The notes under the pieces: generated by a model | Seen by the model: only the letters and a program-made list of their open reading frames with translations | Told to the model about the DNA's origin: nothing | Database searches by the model: none | Part shown: positions 18,228 to 26,159 of the stretch, in pieces | Numbering within the stretch: the stretch's first letter is position 1 | How the letters are laid out: each line of letters starts with the position of its first letter | Translations under genes and position numbers: made by a program | Assembly: GCA_011364985.1 (NCBI GenBank) | Contig: RDOC01000009.1 | Coordinates: 1-32,307 of the forward strand | Origin: Candidatus Thorarchaeota archaeon | GTDB taxonomy: Archaea > Asgardarchaeota > Thorarchaeia > Thorarchaeales > Thorarchaeaceae | Direction: 5' to 3' | DNA: 32,307 nucleotides

Positions 18228-19967
18228 TTGCAGAAACTGAGAACTCGTTTAATAGCTGTCTTCCTGACAGCAATATTCCTCACACTCTGTGTTCCTTCGG
18301 TCTTTGCCGCATGCCCACACGGACTTGATGACACAGATGTGTGGAATTTGAGCCCCGAAGAAAGAGCCAAGATTGGACCTGACTTGGGGCATTTCCTTCT
18401 GTCAAATGAGAAAGACAGAATTGATGTGATCGTCGGATGTGTGAAAGACTCCGGCTTTGATTATATACTTAGATCAAGGGAGGTCATAGGACATTTCGCA
18501 GTAGATGGCGAATGCCCACTTTTCAGAGTGTTTGGTGCCCAACTTTCGCCTAAACAGATTCTAACACTTGCTAGGTCGTCTCTTGTCACGAATATAGAAT
18601 GGAATCGTGATGACATCCAATTCTTCATGGATTCAGCCAGAGGAACAAATGGAGCAAACGTTGACGCTCTGAGAAATTCATACCCAGATTTAGATGGTAA
18701 CATGGACGGAAACATTAACTCGTACTCAACTGATGACATAGTAATCGCGATAATCGATACTGGTATTGACCCGTCTCATCTTGACTTAGATGATGGAAAA
18801 GTAATATTGTGGCATGACGGCATCCTTGGACTCCCGTACCCTTATGATTATGTTGATGGCCATGGAACAGCTTGTGCCGGGATTGCAGCTGGTGACGGCG
18901 AGGCTAATTGGAACTACAGAGGAGTAGCTCCCTATGCTGCACTCGCCGTTGTCAAGATGGCGCCAACCTATTTGGGTGCATTGGATGCTCTTGAGAAGGT
19001 GATGGTGTGGCACGCCTTATACGGAATTGACATCCTTAGTATCTCTTGGGGATTCATCCCAGGTAATCTAGTCTGGGATTGGACTCTTCCACTGATGGAA
19101 ATAGCTGTCAATGAGTTAGTTGCTGCAGGAGTCATTGTAACATGCGCTGCAGGCAACTATGATGGTCAAACTGATGAACGTAGGTACGTTTGTGTGCCTG
19201 CGACTGCAGAGTATGCCATAACTGTGGGAGCATCTAACGATGGTTACAACCGAATGTGGTACTCCGCATGGGGCAATACTCCCTATATCAAACCTGACAT
19301 TCTGGCACCGGGCAACAATATCCATGCACCAGCGGCAGACAATCAGTTCGACCCAGAAGCAACTCATGACAGATATCTGAACTTTGGAGGCACTTCCGCT
19401 GCATCTCCTTTTGCCGCTGGACTTATAGCACTACTCTTGGAAGATGAAGCTATGAGAGGCAACGAGGATGATGGTAATCCAGTGACCAAGCATCTTCTAA
19501 TGGCTAGCGCAGAAGAGCTTCCTGATGATACAGTTCCGGGAAAGGATGAGAAGAATGGTGCAGGGTTCATAGATGCGGTGAATATATGGAACTTCTGGCA
19601 TGATGATGTGTCAAGCAGCTTCATGGATGCCGAATACTCGCTAGGATATAGCTGGGAAGATCAGGACTGGCTTTGGACCAACGAACCCATGTGGACCTAT
19701 GACGGAGAGGACTGGTATTGGTTGTATGCTTACTCTAGCATTTTCATCTACATTGAAGTCTGGGGTGACCCCGATGCCATTGTAAAGATACGTATACTTT
19801 CCAGCGTAGGTGGATATCCAGGAAGTGTCCTGTCCTATTCGTATCCAAAGAATCATCCTGTCTGCGGTTACACAGCAACCTACACAGGAGCCTACTTCGT
19901 TAAGATAACGTGTGAGCAGTATAGCGGAGACTATTATGACATTAGAATCTCAACAACGCCTTCATAG
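18228..19967 (+). CDS. Secreted subtilisin-like S8 serine peptidase with prodomain and C-terminal PPC-like beta domain
   Basis: GGAGG + TTG start, signal peptide (..VPSVFA), catalytic IIDTG / HGT / AAGN / GTSAASP, and KPDILAPG. Confidence 0.95.
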   Translation: MQKLRTRLIAVFLTAIFLTLCVPSVFAACPHGLDDTDVWNLSPEERAKIGPDLGHFLLSNEKDRIDVIVGCVKDSGFDYILRSREVIGHFAVDGECPLFRVFGAQLSPKQILTLARSSLVTNIEWNRDDIQFFMDSARGTNGANVDALRNSYPDLDGNMDGNINSYSTDDIVIAIIDTGIDPSHLDLDDGKVILWHDGILGLPYPYDYVDGHGTACAGIAAGDGEANWNYRGVAPYAALAVVKMAPTYLGALDALEKVMVWHALYGIDILSISWGFIPGNLVWDWTLPLMEIAVNELVAAGVIVTCAAGNYDGQTDERRYVCVPATAEYAITVGASNDGYNRMWYSAWGNTPYIKPDILAPGNNIHAPAADNQFDPEATHDRYLNFGGTSAASPFAAGLIALLLEDEAMRGNEDDGNPVTKHLLMASAEELPDDTVPGKDEKNGAGFIDAVNIWNFWHDDVSSSFMDAEYSLGYSWEDQDWLWTNEPMWTYDGEDWYWLYAYSSIFIYIEVWGDPDAIVKIRILSSVGGYPGSVLSYSYPKNHPVCGYTATYTGAYFVKITCEQYSGDYYDIRISTTPS

Positions 19968-20149
19968 ACCACCCTGTGCGGTTGTTAGATACGCAAGTCC
20001 TGACGGAGATGTCAGGGCTTGTACCTTTCTTCATGTTTTCGAAAAGCAGCTTTCATTTGAACTGATGGACTCGGAGGGAGGTACTTTGTCGTCTGTCTTG
20101 AGAATACGGCAAAAGGAAGAGAACATGTGAAAGGAGGTACATTGCCTCA

Positions 20150-20929
20150 ATGAAAAATGGGATGATCACTATCCTCGACCAGTTCATCAATCTGACTGCA
20201 ATGTACTGCAAGTCAATCATGCTCGTGGGCAGCCAAGCCTCAGGATTAACAAACGAAGAAAGCGACCTCGACCTAATTGTGATTGCACATGGTCATAATG
20301 AGGCAATGGAGGTTCGGAAAATCGCCAGCAGATTTGGTACCAATATGGGACGAGCCATTCTGGATTGCAAAGTGTATACAGAGGACGAATTCACAAGGGC
20401 AAGGTCCGGTTCTGAGAACCGCTTCATATGGACCTGTATGAAGCAAGGAAAAGTAGTCTATGGAATGGATATTATTGATACGGTCCAGCTCAAGCCGGAT
20501 CAAACAAGGGATTCGTATTGGGAGCACATTCAGAATGTTGAAAACGCAATCTTGGACCTTGATAATGGAATTCATTTCACTGGTAGCTGTTATCATCTCT
20601 ATGATGCCTTGGCCACCACATATTTTATTGAAGCATTCATATTCCAATCAGCTATTCGGAAGCAAAGAAAGGAAGAGTTTATTGCGTCTGTGCTTGAAAA
20701 AGAGTACTCCATAATACGTGACAGATTCTACTGGGTTTTCAAACACATCAGTGCAGATGGCCTCAAGAATAACATTCGCGTGCCTTCAAGCATGGATCAG
20801 AGATTTAGTAGAACTCACTATGATAGTGTACATAAGAAAGCAATTCCTACTCTTGACTACGCTAGAAACACATATCGAAGGCTTGCCGAGTGGGCCGACA
20901 ACTTAGCCAACATCTATGAGAAATCATAA
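20150..20929 (+). CDS. Pol-beta-type minimal nucleotidyltransferase with helical HEPN-like C-terminal domain
   Basis: LVGSQASG...ESDLDLIVI...ILDCKV NTase motifs. The C-terminal half resembles HEPN helices, which is an inference. Confidence 0.8.
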   Translation: MKNGMITILDQFINLTAMYCKSIMLVGSQASGLTNEESDLDLIVIAHGHNEAMEVRKIASRFGTNMGRAILDCKVYTEDEFTRARSGSENRFIWTCMKQGKVVYGMDIIDTVQLKPDQTRDSYWEHIQNVENAILDLDNGIHFTGSCYHLYDALATTYFIEAFIFQSAIRKQRKEEFIASVLEKEYSIIRDRFYWVFKHISADGLKNNIRVPSSMDQRFSRTHYDSVHKKAIPTLDYARNTYRRLAEWADNLANIYEKS

Positions 20930-21189
20930 GCAGAGTTAGGTGGTGTAGGCGAAACTAGATAGATGATGATTTTCCGCTCCGAGTAATAGTCGAATATGGA
21001 AAAGGTGACTAAGAAAACCGATTCTCTCGTTTAGATTTGACTGGACAAAGTACCAATGGACTGGATACCTTGGCGAGAATAGCATTGTACTTTGTTCCCG
21101 GCATTGATTTAACTCTAACTCTGTTTGTGGGCCGGCTCAATGGCCCTGTCCATAGTATCCCGATAGATCTCTTCGAGTGAATTAAGGAT

Positions 21190-21336
21190 TTCAAGTTTCA
21201 TCCTTGGCGCCATCTAATTGTCTGGATCATTCACGTGGCCACTAGGAGACCGTTCATTTTTAGCTGGATGGTGTAACCATGAGTTTCCCATCCTTCTAGG
21301 AACGGCACTGGAATCTTGAACGTTGATTATGTTCCT
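21190..21336 (+). repeat. 147-bp direct repeat, copy 2 (degenerate tRNA-Ser 3' end + last 40 codons of tnpB)
   Basis: TTCAAGTTTCATCCTTGGCGCCA followed by a region whose minus strand reads RNIINVQDSSAVPRRMGNSWLHHPAKNERSPSGHVNDPDN*. Confidence 0.95.
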
Positions 21337-21344
21337 TCTGATAG

Positions 21345-22625
21345 TTAAAATGTTACTGACTCAATTTCCGGAGAACCGCCGGCAGCGGCTGCTTCCTGCG
21401 AAGTACTTGTGTCGATGATGTATTCCTCATATGCCTGTTGCTCCATGTTTATCAACCAGCCGTTATAGCGGTCACGAAGACCTGATACGTCAGCCTGTCC
21501 ACAACTAAACAGAATGACAAGAGCAATGAGAATCGCGAGCGCAGTCTTCTCCCACAGACTCAGGTAATCTTTCATGCATGCATCGAACACTTTGTTGTTG
21601 AGTCTGGTATAAGCATGATTACCAAAACCTCCTCGCGTAGGCCATGTAGCATCCGAATCTGTGACGAAACCTTCACCAGAACAGTGGTTCTCAGGAAAAG
21701 GGTTGTTACATAGTCCACGGCCGATAGGATAGATGTAGTTGAGATAACCAAATGGTGCGTGGAAATGGTATTCTGTTTGGGCACCCACAATCTTTGTCAT
21801 GAGAGACAATGCACCGCCGCAGTCATAGCAGTTGACAATCCAATTATCTGGATGGTCCTCGCTGGTCCCCGGACAGAACCTCGGTTCTGGTGGCACATTC
21901 CCATGTAGAACATATTCAATCCAATTGCTCATTTCGAATTGCCATGCATCCCAAGAAGAATGGTTGTATCTAGGTGCTCCTCTGTCTGTATCGTAGCGAA
22001 GATTATAGTCTCTATTGATGGCTTTGGTCATCTTCCGGGCTGCCCAGATATTATCTTTGGAGCCTCCAGCGATTCTACAGCATTCATCCAACAACTCGCC
22101 CCAAGGATTGCGATAGTCTCCGTAAGATTGTGACCATGGAGCCGGCGGCACACTCAGTACAAGGTAGATTCGGTGTGAGGTGTTCTTTAGTCGCTGCCAT
22201 GATGATTCACCTTGGCGTCGGTAGAACCATTCCCATGTCACCTGATGAACGCCAACCCTTGAAAAATCTCGATACGAGAGAGGGATATCTACTGTCGCCA
22301 ATGTAGCTTCGGGAGCAAATTCGACCCGAATCGGATCAAGAGGCCCCATGATTCCTCCCCCAGTAGCTTTGACCTCCCAGACCCTACTAGCCGTTGCAAA
22401 GGTGGCCAATTGGACTCGGATGTTGACAACTTGGCCGTCAGTTTCAGCAATAGCATAAGCGGCGCAGTTGTATTCAAAAAGGTTTGCAGTTAGCTTGGTA
22501 TACTCTGGTAATGGGACTTCGAAGTCCTGGTTTCGCCTGATGTTCATCGCCGAGTTTGTCGCAGACGAAGTATCCAGATTGAAATTGATGGACTCCAGTT
22601 GTAGTACCATTTTCCTCATCTCCAA
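21345..22625 (-). CDS. Hypothetical protein with transglutaminase/papain-like Cys-His-Asp motifs
   Basis: VNCYDCGGAL..., FGNHAY and VFDAC occur in transglutaminase-like order; beta-rich N-terminus; hydrophobic segment near the C-terminus. Confidence 0.7.
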   Translation of the reverse strand: MEMRKMVLQLESINFNLDTSSATNSAMNIRRNQDFEVPLPEYTKLTANLFEYNCAAYAIAETDGQVVNIRVQLATFATASRVWEVKATGGGIMGPLDPIRVEFAPEATLATVDIPLSYRDFSRVGVHQVTWEWFYRRQGESSWQRLKNTSHRIYLVLSVPPAPWSQSYGDYRNPWGELLDECCRIAGGSKDNIWAARKMTKAINRDYNLRYDTDRGAPRYNHSSWDAWQFEMSNWIEYVLHGNVPPEPRFCPGTSEDHPDNWIVNCYDCGGALSLMTKIVGAQTEYHFHAPFGYLNYIYPIGRGLCNNPFPENHCSGEGFVTDSDATWPTRGGFGNHAYTRLNNKVFDACMKDYLSLWEKTALAILIALVILFSCGQADVSGLRDRYNGWLINMEQQAYEEYIIDTSTSQEAAAAGGSPEIESVTF

Positions 22626-23447
22626 TCAGGTTATGGCTATGTTGAGTTGTGCCTTCTTGGGCAGGATTCCGGCATCTCCCCAGAGCATTGTGATCGTGTG
22701 TTCGCCTTTGTCCATGCCTGCCCGATAGTACCACTTGTCCGGGTTTGTGATATCCCGATTTATAGAACCGCTTGTTGTTAGGAAGAAAGTAAACCCGACA
22801 TCCTTCTTGATTTTGGGAATTGTACCAATTGCAAGGACTTCACCTGCAGGGATCTTGATAGGCGTTGGTGTTTTGCTTTGGATCTCGTGGAAGACTCCCT
22901 CCTTTTCCTCAGAGTATTCATCAACGGTCGGCAGCTGATTAAGAATTCCATCTATCCCTCGTGCAATTTCTACAATGGGCATTTCTGTTTCGAGACCCTC
23001 AACTGCTAAGAACACATTGTTCCGCACAAGTGTGACTATGTCAGGTGTCCCCTTCAGCCAGGCCCATGCAAGACCAAAATCTCCGAGATTATAGTTCTTT
23101 CGAACATCGACTACCGAGTCCAATCGGATAGGTCGTTCAAAGTCTTCAACAAACGAAAAAAGGAGGTCTAATGCCCCTTGAATTCTGTCCAAACAAAGGG
23201 CCAAGAGGATCTGAAGCCTAGCCTTGCGTTTCTCCTTCTCCGAAAAATGGAGTCTTCTGAAGATAGATAGAGGCGTCCGACGAAGAAACACTTCTTGGTG
23301 AACAAGCTTGTATGGCCTGAGAGATGTAAGGTCCATCTCCTCAAGAATGAGATTTTCACCCACAAGGGGACGAGATAGCTTCCTAAGTTCATCATCGAGA
23401 AATCGATTTCGTATTATTGAAGACTTGCGTTTCGATGACCTTGTCAC
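22626..23447 (-). CDS. Hypothetical protein directly abutting the downstream gene
   Basis: 273-aa ORF with GAGG upstream and a 0-nt gap to the next ORF; Ig-like beta-rich C-terminal part. Confidence 0.75.
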   Translation of the reverse strand: MTRSSKRKSSIIRNRFLDDELRKLSRPLVGENLILEEMDLTSLRPYKLVHQEVFLRRTPLSIFRRLHFSEKEKRKARLQILLALCLDRIQGALDLLFSFVEDFERPIRLDSVVDVRKNYNLGDFGLAWAWLKGTPDIVTLVRNNVFLAVEGLETEMPIVEIARGIDGILNQLPTVDEYSEEKEGVFHEIQSKTPTPIKIPAGEVLAIGTIPKIKKDVGFTFFLTTSGSINRDITNPDKWYYRAGMDKGEHTITMLWGDAGILPKKAQLNIAIT

Positions 23448-23602
23448 TTTGACGAACCTCCCAACTCAAGGCACCTAACCGGCTATTTTATTAAATCTAC
23501 GTCGATTTAAGCCTATCTGTTTCACAGAATCAATCCTGCAAGAAAATCCCTGAAGTTCTGGGCAGGAATTCAATCCATCTTGTATCCAGTATCGATTTGA
23601 CT

Positions 23603-24994
23603 CTAACTTCGCTTCAGTGCCTGTTCTGTTGCCCTATCCATGGCCTCTCTGCCAATCTTCTCAAGGGAGTCAAGGGTTTCCTGTGTCTTAGCACCGATGT
23701 ATAATCGGGCCTTCGGTTCAGTTCCTGATACCCTGACAAGGAGATAGGAACCATCGTTTCGCTCTATGCGAATACCATCTTCCTCTAGAATCTTCTCTAC
23801 TCCGGTTATCTCTTGGATGAGTATTTCCTTGACTATTGGAAGGAATCTAGGTTTCACCTCATCAGGGCATGGAATGTTGTCGCGAAGCATAGGATACTCG
23901 GGGACTGTCTTCATCAGTTTGATACAGCTCTCATCACCAATCTCATCGACCATCTGAGAGAGCCTTGCAGCGCCAGCAACACCATCCATCCATCCGCCCA
24001 AATCAGTGAAGATTGGCTTCCATGGTTCAGACGCGAAGATGATGATTCCTTCCTTGTCCAAAGCGAGACGTTCCTGGAGTGACCCCAGGGGAGCACGAAC
24101 CACCTCACCACCCTCGGCTTTGACAAGTTCATCAATGACACTAGAAGTATCAATGGAGACAACAACTCTACCTCCGTCATGCCGTTTCACTTCGTCCCTG
24201 GCGAAGAGAGCTATGACACGATTCTGGTCTATGAAACGACCTTCTTCGTCAATCACCGCCAGTCTATCTCCATCACCGTCATGACATAGAGTCACAGCAA
24301 AATCGGATTCCTTGGCAATTCTCATGGTGTCTTGAAGGTTCTTTGGAGATGGCTCAGCCGGCCTTCCTGGAAAGTATCCATCTTGATGAGAGTTTATTGT
24401 TACTACTGAGAAACCAAGTTCTCTCAGAAGGTGTGGTGTGTAGTTGGTTGCTGCACCATTGGCGGCATCCACCAGAACTCTCGTACCACTGCTTATACTC
24501 CCTCTTTCAAGTGCGAACTCCTTCACACGGCCAAGAAAATCATCTCGGATGTCATAGTGGGAAAGGCGCCCAACCTGACTCCAATCGGCAATTAGGAACT
24601 TCTTGTCCTCTACTCGCTCCTCCAAGAAGACTTCTTCGGTTCTGATGAACTCTCGACCCCGAGTGAAGAACTTGAAGCCATTGTCAGCAGGAGGATTATG
24701 GCTGGCAGTGATTATCACAGAAGCATTGATTCCTTTGAACACGCTGTGAAAAGCTGTTGTAGGCATTGGAACGATACCTAGGTCCACAACATCAACTCCG
24801 GTTGATAGCACTCCTGAAATGAATGCACCTCTGAGCATCTCTCGAGAAGTACGTGCATCGGTCGATACTCCAACTCCTCCAGTGCCCTTTAGGTACGTTC
24901 CCAGAGCACGTCCGAGGCCCAAGGCCAAGTCTGTCGTTACATTCTCAGCTATGCTTCCACGAATTCCGCTCGTGCCGAAAAGCCGCTTCGCCAT
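23603..24994 (-). CDS. glmM: Phosphoglucosamine mutase / phosphomannomutase family
   Basis: LFGTSGIRG, ITASHNP, DGDGDR and VRVSGTEP motifs. Substrate specificity cannot be resolved from sequence alone. Confidence 0.92.
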   Translation of the reverse strand: MAKRLFGTSGIRGSIAENVTTDLALGLGRALGTYLKGTGGVGVSTDARTSREMLRGAFISGVLSTGVDVVDLGIVPMPTTAFHSVFKGINASVIITASHNPPADNGFKFFTRGREFIRTEEVFLEERVEDKKFLIADWSQVGRLSHYDIRDDFLGRVKEFALERGSISSGTRVLVDAANGAATNYTPHLLRELGFSVVTINSHQDGYFPGRPAEPSPKNLQDTMRIAKESDFAVTLCHDGDGDRLAVIDEEGRFIDQNRVIALFARDEVKRHDGGRVVVSIDTSSVIDELVKAEGGEVVRAPLGSLQERLALDKEGIIIFASEPWKPIFTDLGGWMDGVAGAARLSQMVDEIGDESCIKLMKTVPEYPMLRDNIPCPDEVKPRFLPIVKEILIQEITGVEKILEEDGIRIERNDGSYLLVRVSGTEPKARLYIGAKTQETLDSLEKIGREAMDRATEQALKRS

Positions 24995-25006
24995 AATACA
25001 CAACTC

Positions 25007-25984
25007 TCAACTTTGTGGCAATGCCAAGTCTACAATGTCCTTTGCAGTTTCACCTATTCTGAGAAGAATATCCAATACATATAGCTGACTCTGTGGTTCG
25101 TTATCCGCTTTGGAGAGGAGAAAGTCCCTAGCCTTGGCAATATTGGACCCCAACTCCTTCTCAGCCTCGATCACCCATGACACCTTGTTCGAATCAAAGG
25201 CAAAGAGGTTGGCAACTGATTTTGATAGCATTTCCTTGACTTGGGCAACGATTAGCTCAATCTTCTTTCGCATTCGAGTATCAACGGGGACAGTGGTGTG
25301 GCTTGCTATCTCAACCGAGAGGTCTGCAATCCGCTCTATGTACTGCGCTGCAAGGCGAAAGTCCAGAGCCTCCACCGGTGCAATGCTCATTATCTCGGAC
25401 ATTCGTGGATATTGAATTGCTGAACGAAGCTCCCGAACAATGAGGAAGAATAGACGATCGACTTCTTCATCCCGCTGGTTGATATAGTCGGCACTTTTTT
25501 TGTCACCTTCAAAAAAGGCATCCACTGCGTCATCAAGCATTCGAGATGCCAAGAGATTCATTCGCTTCATTGTCTTTCTCACCGGGAGTGTTGAAGGGTC
25601 AACAAGACATCTAATCACTATCTCATTCTCGTCCTCTTCAGTGATTTCCAGAGCAACAAAACGCTTGATGATTCTCTCGAGTTCCAGACGCTGCTTGCCT
25701 GTTATCTTTTTGCTGCTGACAACATGAATCTCATCGAATCCAAGAAGGTATTTGCTTGTGATTACCCATCGAAGATTGGACTCTATTTGGATCGATGTGG
25801 ACCTAGGTTCCCCAGCCTTGGACAGTCGTGGGTCAACTATCAGGCAGCCGTCCTCTCTCTCTGCAACAACAACTGGATGGCCCTTGCTCAGTCCTTGCCG
25901 CTCAACCCAGTCTTTCGGCAAGATTATCAGGAACGAGCTTCCACTCTCTCCACCGGTTCTTTGTAGTCGTCTGATATTGACCAT
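25007..25984 (-). CDS. phoU: Archaeal phosphate uptake regulator PhoU with N-terminal AbrB domain
   Basis: RRLQRTGG..SFLIILPKDWV (AbrB), DEEVDRLF, IERIADL and LRIGE (PhoU repeats); start at ATG 25984. Confidence 0.93.
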   Translation of the reverse strand: MVNIRRLQRTGGESGSSFLIILPKDWVERQGLSKGHPVVVAEREDGCLIVDPRLSKAGEPRSTSIQIESNLRWVITSKYLLGFDEIHVVSSKKITGKQRLELERIIKRFVALEITEEDENEIVIRCLVDPSTLPVRKTMKRMNLLASRMLDDAVDAFFEGDKKSADYINQRDEEVDRLFFLIVRELRSAIQYPRMSEIMSIAPVEALDFRLAAQYIERIADLSVEIASHTTVPVDTRMRKKIELIVAQVKEMLSKSVANLFAFDSNKVSWVIEAEKELGSNIAKARDFLLSKADNEPQSQLYVLDILLRIGETAKDIVDLALPQS

Positions 25985-26159
25985 AATTGACCAATCCCTT
26001 CCAGATGGCGCCAAGAGCCTCTAAGTTGGAGTTCCTATTACACCTTCCGCAACTACTCATAATCAAGATGATATCACTCTACATCTTCAATTCAATTGGC
26101 TAAGGCAGATTCGATTGTCAGGCGATGATGTTTAAAACAGCTTCCGGTGAATTCTAGAC

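Larger units (their letters stand above)
17182..21336. mobile_element. tRNA-Ser-integrated cargo island bounded by direct repeats (no integrase visible)
   Basis: Duplicated tRNA 3' end at both borders; contains a tnpB remnant, a wHTH fragment, a subtilase and a nucleotidyltransferase. Confidence 0.7.

Noticed and set aside
20990-21194. Possible gene fragment between the nucleotidyltransferase and repeat copy 2
   Set aside because: Short open frames exist on both strands, with no recognisable motif or credible start.
17182-21336. CRISPR array interpretation of the repeats
   Set aside because: Only two long copies 4 kb apart; no repeat-spacer periodicity or cas genes in the window.
23448-23602. 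A third att copy closing the second cassette
   Set aside because: No convincing tRNA-Ser 3'-end match was found, so the right border of the island is undefined.
26003-26015. 13-nt match (AGATGGCGCCAAG) upstream of phoU to the putative copy-2 guide region
   Set aside because: Short, built around a GGCGCC palindrome and found post hoc, with no intact effector in the window. Worth revisiting only if the guide boundary is confirmed.
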